Positions 29,301 to 41,778 are shown, numbered from the stretch's first letter. The stretch: 62,000 nt of DNA from Lama guanicoe (GCA_013239625.1 MU053933.1:186001-248000); one strand, 5' to 3'. Made by a program: numbers and translations. The notes: generated by a model from the sequence alone, not told the origin.

Positions 29301-30480
29301 CAAAGTGCCAGGGGTGAACATCTTCCTGTTGGGCGATGCTGACCTGGACCCAGCTGCCCAGCACATGCCACCACCTGCCTGTTTCGGGCAGGGCAAGAAG
29401 GCCTTCCAGGTAAAGGACAAAACACTTTTCAACCAGACTATGCAAGATCCTAAGTGGCCCGCCTCAAGTGGAGAAATCCTCCCTCCAACTGGGCCACCCA
29501 AGAAACAAGGGCCCGGCCGCTGAGAACAACAGATTCCGGGGATGGAGGCTCATGAGTCAGCCTGGGGACACGCTTGTTTACTGCGCTCTTCCAACACAAG
29601 ACATCGGTGTGCAAAGCTCCGCTGACGACTAAATCGGCCAGAAGACTCCATCAGACAAGTGAGTGTCCCCAAGAGCATAAAAACACGCACACGGCGGCGG
29701 CAGGAGTGCTGCCTTTCAGGATCTAACCACTGGCTGGCTTTCAAAGTGGTTTGGATTTCATCAAAATAACCACAGCGCCCCTCCCGGCCTGAGAACTTCC
29801 CAGAATCCAAAGCACAGAGAGGGCAGTAAGAGCTTATTTCACAAGCATCTCACCTTTGAGTTAGTGAAATCTCTACGACATGGGTCACCACCCTACTGAA
29901 GTTTCCAAGAAACAGTGGGTTTGCAGCTTAGAGCAAAAAGCCACCAACAGGCCAGGATGGAAACGCAAAGCCGCTGAGGGCAGGGGGCTTCCTCCCAACC
30001 GTGACTGCGCCCTCGTCCAGGGATGAGCGTCAACACCGTCCTACCAGGGGAAAGCTGGGCTTTGGAGGCCGGATCAGAAGCCAGGTCTCTTGAAACAGCA
30101 AAGGTTGTGCAGGATTTAAAAGGAGATGCTCTCCTGAGTCTCCTTGTGTTGGGGGCTGACTGTATAAGGGGTGGGGGCGAGGGTCTCCATACAGAACATA
30201 AACACCACATAACTTCCATGTATGATGCAAATTTCACCAAAGGATAAGTAATTTAAATGTGCTCAATTGAAGCTTATAAATCAGTTTTTAAAATGCCATT
30301 GTAAATGGTGAACATCCCCCATTCCCAAAAAAAGAGCTGTTTCTCAAGACCCTCCTTCTACCCTACCCCTAAAATTATGCACAGACCACAGCCCAAGGTC
30401 CGAATTTAACTGGGGCAGCTCTTGTCCTTTCCAACTGTCTTCACTAACTTGCGGAGGTTAACTTCATTAACTTAACTTTA

Positions 30481-30536
30481 TTAAGAGCACCCCATTTGTG
30501 GAGGGTCATTAAGAGCACCCCACTTGTGGAGGGACA
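30481..30536. repeat. 28-bp tandem duplication
   Basis: TTAAGAGCACCCCA(T/C)TTGTGGAGGG(T/A)CA twice. Confidence 0.9.
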
Positions 30537-30549
30537 GGCAGGTGGCAAT

Positions 30550-31800
30550 CCAGCTTTTGGACGGGAATCTGGGGTCCAGGAGGCGTTGTGGCCTGGCCAC
30601 AAAGCGGGTTAGTGCCAGGCCCCTCCCCAGAGGGTCGGCCGAAATCAAGTCAGCGAAAAGGCGAATGGGCAGCGAGGAAGCGCTGGGCTTTGGAACAGGG
30701 CCCCCGGGCCGCCTGCCAGACCCCACTGCACCGCCAGGCCCAAGCCAGAGAGCGCCGAGGCTCAAGAGCCCGGGCGCCCAGTAATAATTACCGCCTTACA
30801 CCAATTTGTGCTCCAAAGTAAATTACTAAGTATAGTCGAACGGAGTCTAACTAACTCACAAAGCCCAGATCCCCACATGGCAATTTTTCTAAGCCCGGCG
30901 CTGACCGCAGCGCCCGGGTGCGTCCTGGGCTTGCCGGACGCGCCTCCGAGGGGCGCGGGTACCAGGCGCTAGGTGAGCCCGCGACCCTGAAATCCTGGGG
31001 CTCACCGGAAGCCAGGTAACAATACCGGGCACTTTACAACGTCTTAGGCAAACGCACCCCCACCGCCCCCGAGGTCACCCGTAGGAGCCGCAGCCTGGGG
31101 CCCCGGCGTGAGCAATGAGCCCCCGAGCTCGCCAAACCAACCCCCGCGTCCTTTCGGCCCGGCAAGCGGCGCAAACGCTGCCGGGGGCTCGCGGCCTCGC
31201 CCGGCGCTTGCCCTCCCTCCGAGGCTGCTCTGGAGGTGACTCAGCTGGAGAGGATGAGCACGCCCGCAATCCTAGCACCCCGACCCCAGCCCGCCGCTGC
31301 GAGGCCGGGCCCCGCCGCCCGCCCCAGCGCCACCGCCCCTGACCCTGCCCGGGCCGCTGACCTGTCGTCGACGTGCAGGCTCGGCGAGCACTTGATGGCG
31401 AGCCACGTCTTCCAGTGGACGTGGCGCACCTTGTACACCTGCCCGAAGCCGCCCGAGCCCACCTTCTCCCAGCTCGCGAACTCGCCCGCGTCGAAAGTGC
31501 GCAGCAGCCCCAAGGCCCACGGGCTCCGGCTCTCGCCCTCCATCGCGCGCGTCTAGCCGACGCCTGGCGCCGCCGCGGCCGCCCAGGTGCCCAGGTGCGC
31601 GCCCCGCCCGCTGACGTCACGTCCGCGGCGCGCCCCGCCCCCCGCCGGCCCCGCCCCCACCCCGGGCCATGGCTCGGGGCAGACTCAGCCGGGGACGCGC
31701 GGACTCACCGAGCCTACGCCCAGCATGGGAAGGACCCGGCGCCGCGCGCGGCCACTGGCCTGCGTGTGTGCGAATGTGTGTGCGTGTACAGGTCATTGTA
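30550..31800. promoter_or_regulatory. RIPK4: CpG island / RIPK4 promoter
   Basis: Very high GC and CpG density across exon 1; GC boxes at about 31600-31660; CRE palindrome TGACGTCA at 31612-31619; tandem CAGGTG at 31584-31589 and 31592-31597. Confidence 0.88.
31362..31543 (-). CDS. RIPK4: RIPK4 coding exon 1 (kinase N-lobe)
   Basis: [61 protein letters not shown]; contains the GxGxxG loop and the LAIK catalytic Lys; 182 nt; donor AG|GTCAGC. Confidence 0.98.
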
Positions 31801-32230
31801 GAATCATATGCAGTTGTAAACAATAATTCCCTCTGCCAAGTTTTTCCCCAGTGCTATCACTTTGGAAAACTTTACAAAACAAGAAAAATGTAAATACTGA
31901 CTTTGGTACAATCCACCAACCTTATTCAGGTTTCCCCAATTTTATTTGTCCTTGTTGGTGAGTAATAAGTTCTATAAAATGTTATCACCTGTGTAGGTTC
32001 GTGTATCCCCCACTACGGTCAATATAGGGGACGTTCCATCGCCCAAGAAGCCCTCTCGTGGCCCTTTTATAACTGAACTCCCAAGCCCTGGCCATCACTA
32101 ATCTTTCCTCTATTTCTAAAAATTGTGTTATTTCAAAATAGGTTATGTTAGTACATAGGAATCATATAGTGTGGCAGCTCATGGCTTTTTGCATTCAGCA
32201 TAACTCCTGGAGATTCACGTCTGGCTCTTT
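31785..32230 (-). mobile_element. Ancient L1M fragment abutting the promoter island
   Basis: ACTGACTTTGGTACAATCCACCAACCTTATTCAGGTTTCCCCA...CATCACTAATCTTTCCTCTATTTCTA. Confidence 0.6.
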
Positions 32231-33577
32231 TTCACCGAAGTTTCCACTTTGAAAGTAAGACTTATTTTAAAATTACCCCAACAGCAAATCTAAAGCGCAC
32301 GGGGTCTTCCAACCTTTCCTAGAGAATCGTGTCTTTTTACAGGTAGAACAGATCACTTGAAAAGGAAAGATAAGTTTTTTCCACCTGTAGGGGAAAAAAA
32401 TCCCAGCTGGAATGCATTTGGACAGATACCTGGGTCAGAGGTCAAGAAATGTAATTACAAACTTTCACACCTGAAAAACACTCATTAGTGTATGACTGTG
32501 CAGTGAAGGAAGACTTATTCTTGACCAAATGAGATAAATAATGGGGGCAGGATGGGGGAGACAAGAGGGAGCATTTTAATAACATTAACTGTGATTTGTG
32601 TTAGTTATCTGAAAAGGAGAGGTTGATCTAAACCAGCATCTATATAAGCCAGCAGCTACACTAGAAGCTCAGACTTGGCTTCTAAAGAACTTACCTTCCA
32701 CTGGGCACATAATCTTATTTTACAGCCAGTAACTGAGCCCCACTTTCTCCTGGGACTTCTCTTTGGCAAGTGCTCACACACTGGATTACACAGGACAGTG
32801 CGTGTTCCAGCGCCTCCTGGGAAAATCAGGCAGTCACATCCCTTACGACATAATGTTGAAATCAGAATTGATCTCCTTGCAACTGGTGTGGGAAATAGTT
32901 ATTTCAAGTTGGTTTGTCACAAATGGAACTAATATTAAAACTAACATTTAAAAAAATAGTTGGAATCCAAAATATATAAAGATAACCTGAAATACATAAA
33001 TATAGTCATTATTTTGGAGGGGAAAAAATGAATTGAGTAGAAAATGAGTCATGTGTCCTGCTTCTGACACCTTTCTCTAGACACCCTGCAGATTCTAGAG
33101 TCTCACTGCAGGAAGTTCAGCGGCATCGGTGACTAACAGTCCACACCAGTCTAGTAATAAATCGCACCAATTTCATTTATTTAATCACCTGCTTGCTTCA
33201 CTCGACAAATATTTATGGAGTGTCTGCTGCAGGCTCAGCATTGGGCTCCTGGGCCAGGGAACCAGAGCCCACAGGGGCCTCAACAGTCAGCCCTCAGCTG
33301 CGAGGATAGGGGCCAAAGATCCTGGCTAGGGCTGGGTGGACGGGCCCAGCTGCTCCTCCAACTTCACTGGGGTCCTCATCTCGGCCACTCAACCCATTCT
33401 GAGGGTCAGGTTTTCATTCTGTAAAAGGAAAACAAAGTCCCTGGCAGAAATCTTAAAGTCAGGTGGGTTAGAGACCCTCTGGGATTGATTATAGGAGAGT
33501 AATTGTTATTTATGTTAATGGTCGTTGGTCATTGGCAGGAAAGGTTGACATTTCCAAGTATATAAGTAACTTATATT

Positions 33578-33730
33578 GAGGAGGGTATGGCTTAGTGGTA
33601 GAGTACATGTTTAGTGGTAGAGGGCATGTTTAGCATGTACAAGGTCCTGGGTTCAATCCCCAGTACCTCCAATAAAAATTAAATTAGTAAACCTAATTAC
33701 CTCCCCCCCAAAAAACAAATAAACAAACAA
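33578..33730 (+). mobile_element. tRNA-derived SINE with an internal duplication
   Basis: GAGGGTATGGCTTAGTGGTAGAG...GGTCCTGGGTTCAATCCCCAGTACCTCC, then CCTAATTACCTCCCC and an A-tail; flanking AAGTAACTTA repeats. Confidence 0.9.
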
Positions 33731-33740
33731 AAGTAACTTA

Positions 33741-33998
33741 CAGCTAGAAACAGACTCACAGAAATAGAGAACAACCTAGTGGTTACCTGTGGGGAGAAGA
33801 GCAATATAGGGGCAGAGAATTAAGAGGTACAAACTATTATGTATAAAACTATCTACAAGAATATGCCACACAGGAGATATAACCAATATTTTATAATAAC
33901 TATAAATGGAGTAGAACCTTTAAAAATTGTGAATCACTATATTGTGCACCTGTAACTTACATAATATTCTACATCAACTATACTTCACTAAAATAAAT
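33741..33998 (+). mobile_element. 5'-truncated L1 3' end (artiodactyl-type)
   Basis: AGACTCACAGAAATAGAGAAC...GTGAATCACTATATTGTGCACCTG...AACTATACTTC followed by an A-rich end. Confidence 0.75.
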
Positions 33999-34030
33999 TA
34001 CTGATAAAAAAGTTACTGTTTCAATATTTT

Positions 34031-34143
34031 CGAGGAGGAGGTAATTAGATTATTTATTTAGTTATAACGAAGGTACTGGGGATTGAACCTAGGTCCTTGT
34101 GCGTGCTAAGCAAGAGCTCTACCACTGAGCTGTGCCCTCCCCC
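34031..34143 (-). mobile_element. tRNA-derived SINE
   Basis: Reverse complement of the same head and tail; TSD GTTTCAATATTTT at 34018-34030 and 34146-34158. Confidence 0.9.
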
Positions 34144-34158
34144 AAGTTTCAATATTTT

Positions 34159-34438
34159 TTAAAATGTTACTGAAGTATAGATGATTTCCAATGTTGTGTT
34201 AATTTCAGGCACACAGCATAATGGTTCAGTTATACATATATATACATACATATATATATAATTTATCATTATAGGTTATTACAAGCTCTTGACCATAGTT
34301 CCCCATGCTAAACAGGAGGACCTTGTTGTACATCTATTTTATATATAGTAGTGGGTATCTGAAAAGCCCAAACTCCTAATTTATCCCTCACTGACTCCAC
34401 CCTGTTCCCCACCCCATAACCATAAGTTTGTTTTCCAT
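34159..34438 (-). mobile_element. 5'-truncated L1 3' end
   Basis: TGAAGTATAG...CAGTTATACAT...AGGACCTTGTTG...CATAAGTTTGTTTTC; similar to the copy at 49679-49974. Confidence 0.78.
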
Positions 34439-35149
34439 GTTTTAATATTTTAATGATTATTTTACCATTGTTTATTTTACAATGTGAGGAGATAAACCTT
34501 TGTGGTTACTCCATGGCCATCCAAGAAACCACGAAGGCAGTTTAGATGTAGAAGATATTTTACCATTTTTGACAGAGAAAACTTGGTACTACATTAAGTT
34601 ATGAGACTAAAGAGTCTAAAGAAAATATTTAGTCTTATTTTGTTATACGAATATGTAACATTAAAACGTAGCAAGTAACAGCGACAAACTACGTGAAACG
34701 ATGTAAAATGAACACCAAAAATCAGTTTGTTTAAATGATTTACATCATTTAAAAAGGCACAAAATATAAAGGTCGTCATATTTAAACTGTAGGTGTTCGA
34801 GCACTTGTAAGTTGTTTTTTTAAATCCTAACATACCATTTTCTGTATGTGATTAAGCATACAAAATTGAAATTTAAAGCTTTTCCTGTTAGCTTTAAAAT
34901 ACAATAAATCTTAACAGAATGTTACATAAGAAAATGCATACTGGATTGTTTTCCATCTTAATGAGCTGTTGCACATTTCTTAGTAAACAAAGAAATTTCA
35001 TCTATACTTTTGTAAACAATCGTAGTCTCCTAAATGATTGAACCCACTACATAGCAATAATTTTTATATCAATGAAAACTTTCAATCAAAGCATAAAGTC
35101 ATCTTGAATGTATTTTAGGTAAAAATAACAGTGGACCGATTTAAAGAAA

Positions 35150-36060
35150 AATATTGGGTGGGTAATAGTGCAAGGCACGCATCTCGCGCTGGAGAAGTGG
35201 TCGTGAGGACCAGCGCGACCACGACGGTGGGGACCGGGGTGCGGGCCGGGGTGCGGGGCGCGCGAGAAGCTCCTGCGCGCAGACCGTGGGCACACAGCAC
35301 AGGCCTCAGGAGGAAAATACTTTTGTAAGCGGAGCCCGGAGGGCTTGACGCTCAGATAGGAGCGGACCCGCCCGAAGCTGGGGTGAGCAGGGGAGGGGCA
35401 GCGAGGAGAGAAGAGCAGGCCCCCAGGGCTTCTCCTGGGCCTTCGCCTTAAGGATTCCCAAATCTGCTTCCTCCCACCTCGGCCCTCGCCAGCGCATCGC
35501 AACAGGCGGCCCCTCCGGTCCGGGGCCTCCAGTGGTGCCCGGCTGCGAGGTGATGTCCCCTTCCCCGCGTGGTCACTTAGCCCTGGGCGCGCTGACCCTG
35601 CGAGCCGGAGGAGGGCAGGGAGCTGCCTCTGCGTCCCCCGCGGGGACAGGCCGACCCCAGAGGTCAAGGACGAGGCAGATGCGAGGACTCTCCTGGGGCA
35701 GGGGCCCAGCGCCGCGACCGCGGGAGAGTTTGCGGGTCCGTGAAGAGGGGGTTGCCGCCGACGTGGGACCTCAAGGAGACAGTGCGCGAGCAGGGCAGGC
35801 AGGTACCAGGTGATGGAGAAACGGTGCCGGTTGTTACTACTTCTGGGGTGTGTGTCTGCTCCGTGAGGTTTAAACTCATCTTTGTCCTCCTCTGGGTCGC
35901 CGGAGCAGCGCGCCCCATGACACAGTTCTCCTAGGGGAACGGCTTAGGTCCTGGAGCCAATATGGGACAGACCGAGCTCCCGGGGCCCAGAACGAAGCCA
36001 GCGCCTCTAAAGTCCTCGGGCTGGACGGGCTCACGGGGAGGGGGCAGTGGAGCCCTGGCT
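35150..36060. promoter_or_regulatory. Second CpG-rich island about 3.6 kb upstream of RIPK4
   Basis: Abrupt switch from AT-rich to GC/CpG-rich sequence; no credible ORF. Confidence 0.6.
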
Positions 36061-38619
36061 GCTGGGAGGTGTCCTCCCCTCCCTGCCCCTTTCCCCCTCC
36101 CCTCCCTCTCCCCTGCCCCTCCTCTGCCCCTCTTCCATCCCCCTCCCTCCTCGCCCCTCCCGGCGGCTCCTCCCAGCCCTGCCCTCTTTCTGCCTGGCAG
36201 GCTCCTCCCCAGGAAGGAGGCCTTACTCTCCTGGAACTGCCACTCCTGCTGCAACTTGCAAGGCTTTTTTTGAGAATTCCCTGCATGATTTTAAGGTTCG
36301 CTGCTGCGATTCTGCCTCCATTAATTCTGCAAAAGTGATCTGGGAGAACAGGACACCAGGAGCAAGATTCCAGGCAAGGATTTCTACAGCTGACCCAGGA
36401 GTTTGGGTGAGAAAGGAAAGAGGGGGAACTGACTCCCAATTTCTGGCTTTTCTCAACAAGTATGTCCTTTTACACAAACTCCCTTTTGAGAGATGCCTTC
36501 TGTGACCCTAGCAGTCCTGTCTCTGTTCTCCCTGGGTGTTCTCTTATAAGGCCATTTTTGGGCCCTGCCCTGGGGACACAGCGTCAAGAGGCCCTCTGGT
36601 TAAGCACTTGCTGGTTGAATTATACTTATAACATTGCTCTGCACTTTCATCTTTAAGTGCTGGGCTCCTTAAAGCCCCATCTAGACCCTCTCCTCCCTCA
36701 CTCTTTATCCTTAGGTGACCTCATCCAGGCCCAAGGCCTCAGTTCCTGTCTATTCAACAAAGAATCCTATGTTTATAACTCCAGGCCAGTGTTCTCCTCT
36801 GAGCTCCAGACCCCAAAATCCAGCATGGCCCCCACCCTGGAATGTCTCTAAGGCACCTCAACACATGTGAGATGAGCCTGTGATTTTCATCCCCCAAATT
36901 CATCCTTTCAGAGTCCCCATCTCTGTGAATAAACTGCCTTATGTTCTGAAGACCAGGAACCAAGAAGTATGTGCAGAACCTCATTCACCTTCCATCCCAC
37001 AAGACCCAGTTGGTTGCCAAAAGCCCCACCTTAGGCCTGGATAAGAGGCCTGCTCCAAAGGCCCCTGTCTGAACTTCCTTGGGCCTGCCCATCTACACAG
37101 GGCCAGGAGGTACCCACCCTCCTACATCAAGCTCTGGGCACCTGCCACCCTGGAATTCCCAGCCCAAATGCCCCCAAACTCACCTTTCCAACCCCTGCAT
37201 GGGTCCATCCTCCAGAGGGCGGCCCACTGCTGATGTGAGTCCCCCAAGGCCGAGGCATGGCCACGGGAAGCTGTTTGCAGGGGATAGGGTGGGGCTGGGG
37301 GTGGGCCTGGGAGGCCTCTGTCTGTGTGCCACGAAGCTGGAGGGGGACAAAAGGAGGGGCTGGACTCCAGCCCTTCAAGGTGTTGTGTTTGTCAAAGCAG
37401 AAGGACAGAGCACATTGTATTTAACATTTTCTTAGCTTAATTTGTAATTTTCAACAATGTAGACAATTAGCACATAGATTTCAACCTGTGCCTTCCCCTG
37501 GCAGAAATGTTGGCATAGTCTGATCACCAAGACACTAGCTTGTCCCTCCTGAGGACCTCTTACGGGAACTCCTCTGCCCACGCCAGCTCCGGGGCCCGAG
37601 TCCAACAGCCGTTTGGTTATTTCTGAGCAGGGTCCTCACAGCCCCTCTCTGGTCTTCAAGCCATAGCTGATGGTTTGAAATCATAAATCCAACCTACTGC
37701 TTTAGGACAGAAACGGGCCTCCCCTTCCAGCACCACCCTCTGGTCTCCACCACTGCTCTTGGTCTTGGGCGGCCCCTCCCCCACCCCACTTCTCCCAGCT
37801 CCTCTAACTGAGGCTCCCCAGGGCCTTTGCACAAACTGTCCTGTCTGTCTGGAAAGTTCAGCTGATGCCTGGTTTACTCCCACTCAACCCATCTCTCGGT
37901 CTTCACCCAAGTCCCAGACATGGTCACATACCTCTTTTACGAGCTCACAGGGCATGTGGCTAAGCGTCTCATCACGTTTATTGGGGGTCTGCTGATGAAT
38001 TCCTGGCTCTTCCACTCTGGGCCTTGTGGGGGCAGTGTGGCCTGTCTCCTACCCCCGGCAGAGGCCCGTGTCTGACTCCGTCCCGCCCACCTGTCCAGGT
38101 TCATCGCTGACACCACCCCCTCCTTGTCCCGGTCATGGGCCTTTTTGTTCTTCTGCCACCCCGGCACCTCCTTCCACAGACCTTCTGCATGTGTGGCTCC
38201 CAGTCCTGGGATGCTTTGGCCCTAATCCTCAGTCAGCCTCACCTGCCTTCATCGCTTTCCGTTCTGTGTCACCAAGGCCTTCCAGTCTATATCAGCACTG
38301 CCCCACTCCAGCTGACGTCACCCCCGCAGAGCCACACGGGAGGCTGGGGGCTTTGTTATCCCTGCTGACACTCACCCTTGGTGAGTTCAGTTATTCAGGA
38401 ATGAGTCCTGCTTGGGCTGTCCCTAGAGCCCCCCAGTGTCTGGGCAGTACAGTGCAAGCTCCCTGACTCAGAAGTCCCCAACCCCCCTCCCCACCACGGG
38501 CACCTTTAGTGTCTCAGTGCTCTTTCTCCGGCGTGCTTAGACAAGAGATGCCCAGCAGTTTTGTTTATTAAGTTGGTTAGGATCAAACAACTCAAAAAGT
38601 ATTTATGGGATAATGGTCT

Positions 38620-39270
38620 GGCAGGCCATCAAGATGTTAAGCATTGAATTACCATATGACCTAGCAATTTCTCTTGTGGGTATAGACCTGAAAGAATTGA
38701 AAACAGTAATTCAAACAAGAACTTGTACTCAAGTGTTCATGGAAGCGTTATCTGAAATAGTAAAAGGTTAAAAACCCCGGTGTCCACTAATGGAGAAACG
38801 GATGAGCAAAGATGTTGTATATCCATGCAATTGACTATTATTCAGTCATAAAACAGAGTGACGCCCTGACACAGGCTACAACATGGATGACCCTTGAAAA
38901 CATTATGCCAAGTGAAAGAAGCCAGACACAAAATGCCACAATTATACCAGCTCATTTATATGAAATTTCTAGAATAGGTAAGTCCACAGAGACAGAAAGG
39001 AGATTAGTGGTTGCCAGGAGCTGGGAGGGGGCGGTGGGGGTGCGGGGAGAATATAGAACATCTGCTTAAAAGGTTCAGGCTTTCCTTCTGGGATGATGGC
39101 AATGCTCTGGAACTAGATAGTAGTGGTGATTGCACCACATTGTAAATGTGCTAAATGCCAATGAGTTGTACACTTAAAAATGGTTAAAATGATAAATTTT
39201 GTGTTATGTATATTTTATCACCCTAATGCAGGTTAATTGTATGTGATGTGAATTTCACTTCAATTTTTTT
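38620..39270 (+). mobile_element. Ancient L1M (L1MB-like) 3' region
   Basis: CCATATGACCTAGCAATT...ACAACATGGATGACCCTTGAAAACATTATGCCAAGTGAAAGAAGCCAGACACAA...GATTAGTGGTTGCCAGG. Confidence 0.8.
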
Positions 39271-41638
39271 AAATGATTTATGTTCAAACAACAACGTAGC
39301 TGTTTTTAAAAAAAGATCCACATAAACTGAAGTAAAAAAATGTATTTCCTTCTTAAATAAGCCTAATTATGTACTAATGGGATAGTTGTGCCTGTTGCGC
39401 ACTGCACAATTTCTCAAAACTGGGAATCAAATGAAACCCTGTCACCTCTGTTCCCTGTCACACTGATTTTCATCCAGTACTTACCTTTGGTGACAGCAAC
39501 TGCCCAAAGCCCAATTTTGCAAAGATATGACATTATCGGAACATAGCAGAATCGAATATCAAATGTGTGAATTAGCTGAAGTTAAGCAGTTGACATGGTT
39601 TCTGGTAGGTTTCGCTGGTTCCCTTCAAAATTAAAATGTCCTGCGTCACCCCTGTGGGTCCTCAGTGCTGGTCCAGGGTGCCATGGCACATAGTCTGAGA
39701 ACTGTGGTTATAAATATATGCTAAGTTAAATTAATTATAAAGTTGATACTTAAATACATTCTTAAGATGTTCCTCCATTGTTTTCTTCTTCTCTCTGTTG
39801 GTAACCAACTTTCCTTCCAAGTAATCTTGCAAATATCTGGTCAATTTCATCCCTAAAACACCCACTTCTGGAAGAAATACTGCACATCGTGGAGAACTTG
39901 TAACGCTGACAGCTGCTCTCAGTAGGGGTGGCGGGAGTTTGACACGGGCAGCAGTTTTGTTTATTAAGTTGCTGGTTTGCAGCACAAGACACAAGCGCCC
40001 ATGAAATGAAATGGGCCTTGAATTTTAAAATCGCGACACAAGCAAAAGGCAACCTCGTCGTGTTGCTCTGAAGACAGAAGACAGAGGTGAAGGTCCAACT
40101 CTGGACCAATCGTTCCAATACCTGTTATGATAACAAAACATACTGAGGAAATATGAAATCTAAAACCTTGAAAACCGGGGGAGGGGATAGCTCCTCCCTC
40201 TACAGGGTATAGTTTCAGATCTTATTTTGTTGTTGTGTTTTTTAAGCCATTTCTAAGCTGCTACAATGAAGCCTGAAGCTACTGTTCAAGGTCAGTGAGG
40301 TGAACAGTCGGGGCATAGACTGCACTTGTCCAGGCAGGTCCTCTGACAAAAAGGAGAGAAATCAGAAGCTCTCTTTCTGAAGCGACCTGAGCTGTATTAA
40401 AACGATCTGAAAGCAAGGCATCTGAAGGTCGGGCTGGCCTCTGGCTCTGCTCCCGAGTGCAGAGGGCTTAGCTGCTCTGCTGGCCGGTGGAGCCACCTCC
40501 TGCCTCTCCCCCCACCCACAAATGACCCCCACCAGGCCGGGGCCCTGCACAGCATGTTGTTACTCCACCTGCTGGGTCTCTCTTCTCGCTGCTCCGGGTC
40601 AGATCGCGCCAGCCAAGACTTTTCCTTCCAAGATGTCTATTTGGACAGGAATTCTCGGGTACTGCTTCTCACACATACCCTGGTGGCTTTGCCAAAAATC
40701 TCAAGGCAGCCTCTCCGCAAGGTGAGCATCTGCCACCTGTGGGCAGAGCTTGGGAACTGCAGACGCGGCCGCTTGGGAATCAGGACCAGCTGCCCTACAG
40801 ATGCGCCAGCCCGGCTCCCAAGCAAAGGGTCCTTCACCCACGTGGCAGATTCTTGTACCAGGCACTGCCGTCAGTATGGGTGGCGGTGACCTGGCTCTGC
40901 CTCCTGGGTCTCTGGGTCGGGACGGCAGTGGGCAGCATGGTGCCGTGGCTTGGGCCACCTCCTGGTGGGTGGGCGGCTGGGCTGTCTGCCTCTGTTTCTC
41001 CCTCTGTAGGAGGAGGAAGGTGGAAGGAGGGTCTCAACTTCACAGGACTGTGGGAATTGAATGGGCAAACATGTCCTTGGAACCATGTCTGCACAACCTG
41101 CCCTGCACCCGTGTCGGCTCTGACTGTCTTTTTTCTTTCAGTCTGGGCTGCTTTTGTGGGTGTCCACCCAAAAGTCTAATCTGCCATCAGCCCAATCTGG
41201 TGCATTTCCCCGGGGGCGTGGACAAGCAGGACACTATTCTGTTACATTCAGTGAAAGAACATGTCACAGGCATTTATGTAACGACACTCATTTCTGTTCA
41301 AATACTGTACAATTTGTTAAAGCAAAGTGTTGGCAACAACCCAAACCCCCACTGAGGGGTACTGGGTGGACTGTGGCCACCGGTCCCCATGGAAGAGCAC
41401 CAGGCAGCCAGGGAGCAGGAGGAAAACGACCCCTGGATGCGGCCCTGGGGGAGGGGAGTGCAGGGAACACAGCAAGGGGGAGGGGTTCGCAGGGAACACA
41501 GCAAGGGGGAGGGGAGCGCAGAGTGCACATTACAGTTTATCCAGGATGGGGGGGGACTACCTGTCACCATAATCCATCCATCAGTCACCTATTGTTCAAC
41601 TGTTTAACTATCAGCCATCTATCAACCAACAATTCATT

Positions 41639-41778
41639 GGGGGAGGGTACAGCTTAGTGGTAGAGTGTGTGTCTAGCATGCACAAGATCCTGGGTCGATC
41701 CCCAGTACCTCCATTAAAGATAAATATATAAATAAAAACCTAATTACCTTCCCTCAAAAAAATTTTTTAATTAAAAAA
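41639..41778 (+). mobile_element. tRNA-derived SINE
   Basis: GGGGAGGGTACAGCTTAGTGGTAGAG...CCCCAGTACCTCC, then CCTAATTACC and an A-tail. Confidence 0.9.

Noticed and set aside
39370..39710. Possible hAT/Charlie transposon fossil
   Set aside because: Only one terminus-like motif recognised; family and boundaries cannot be supported without a Dfam search
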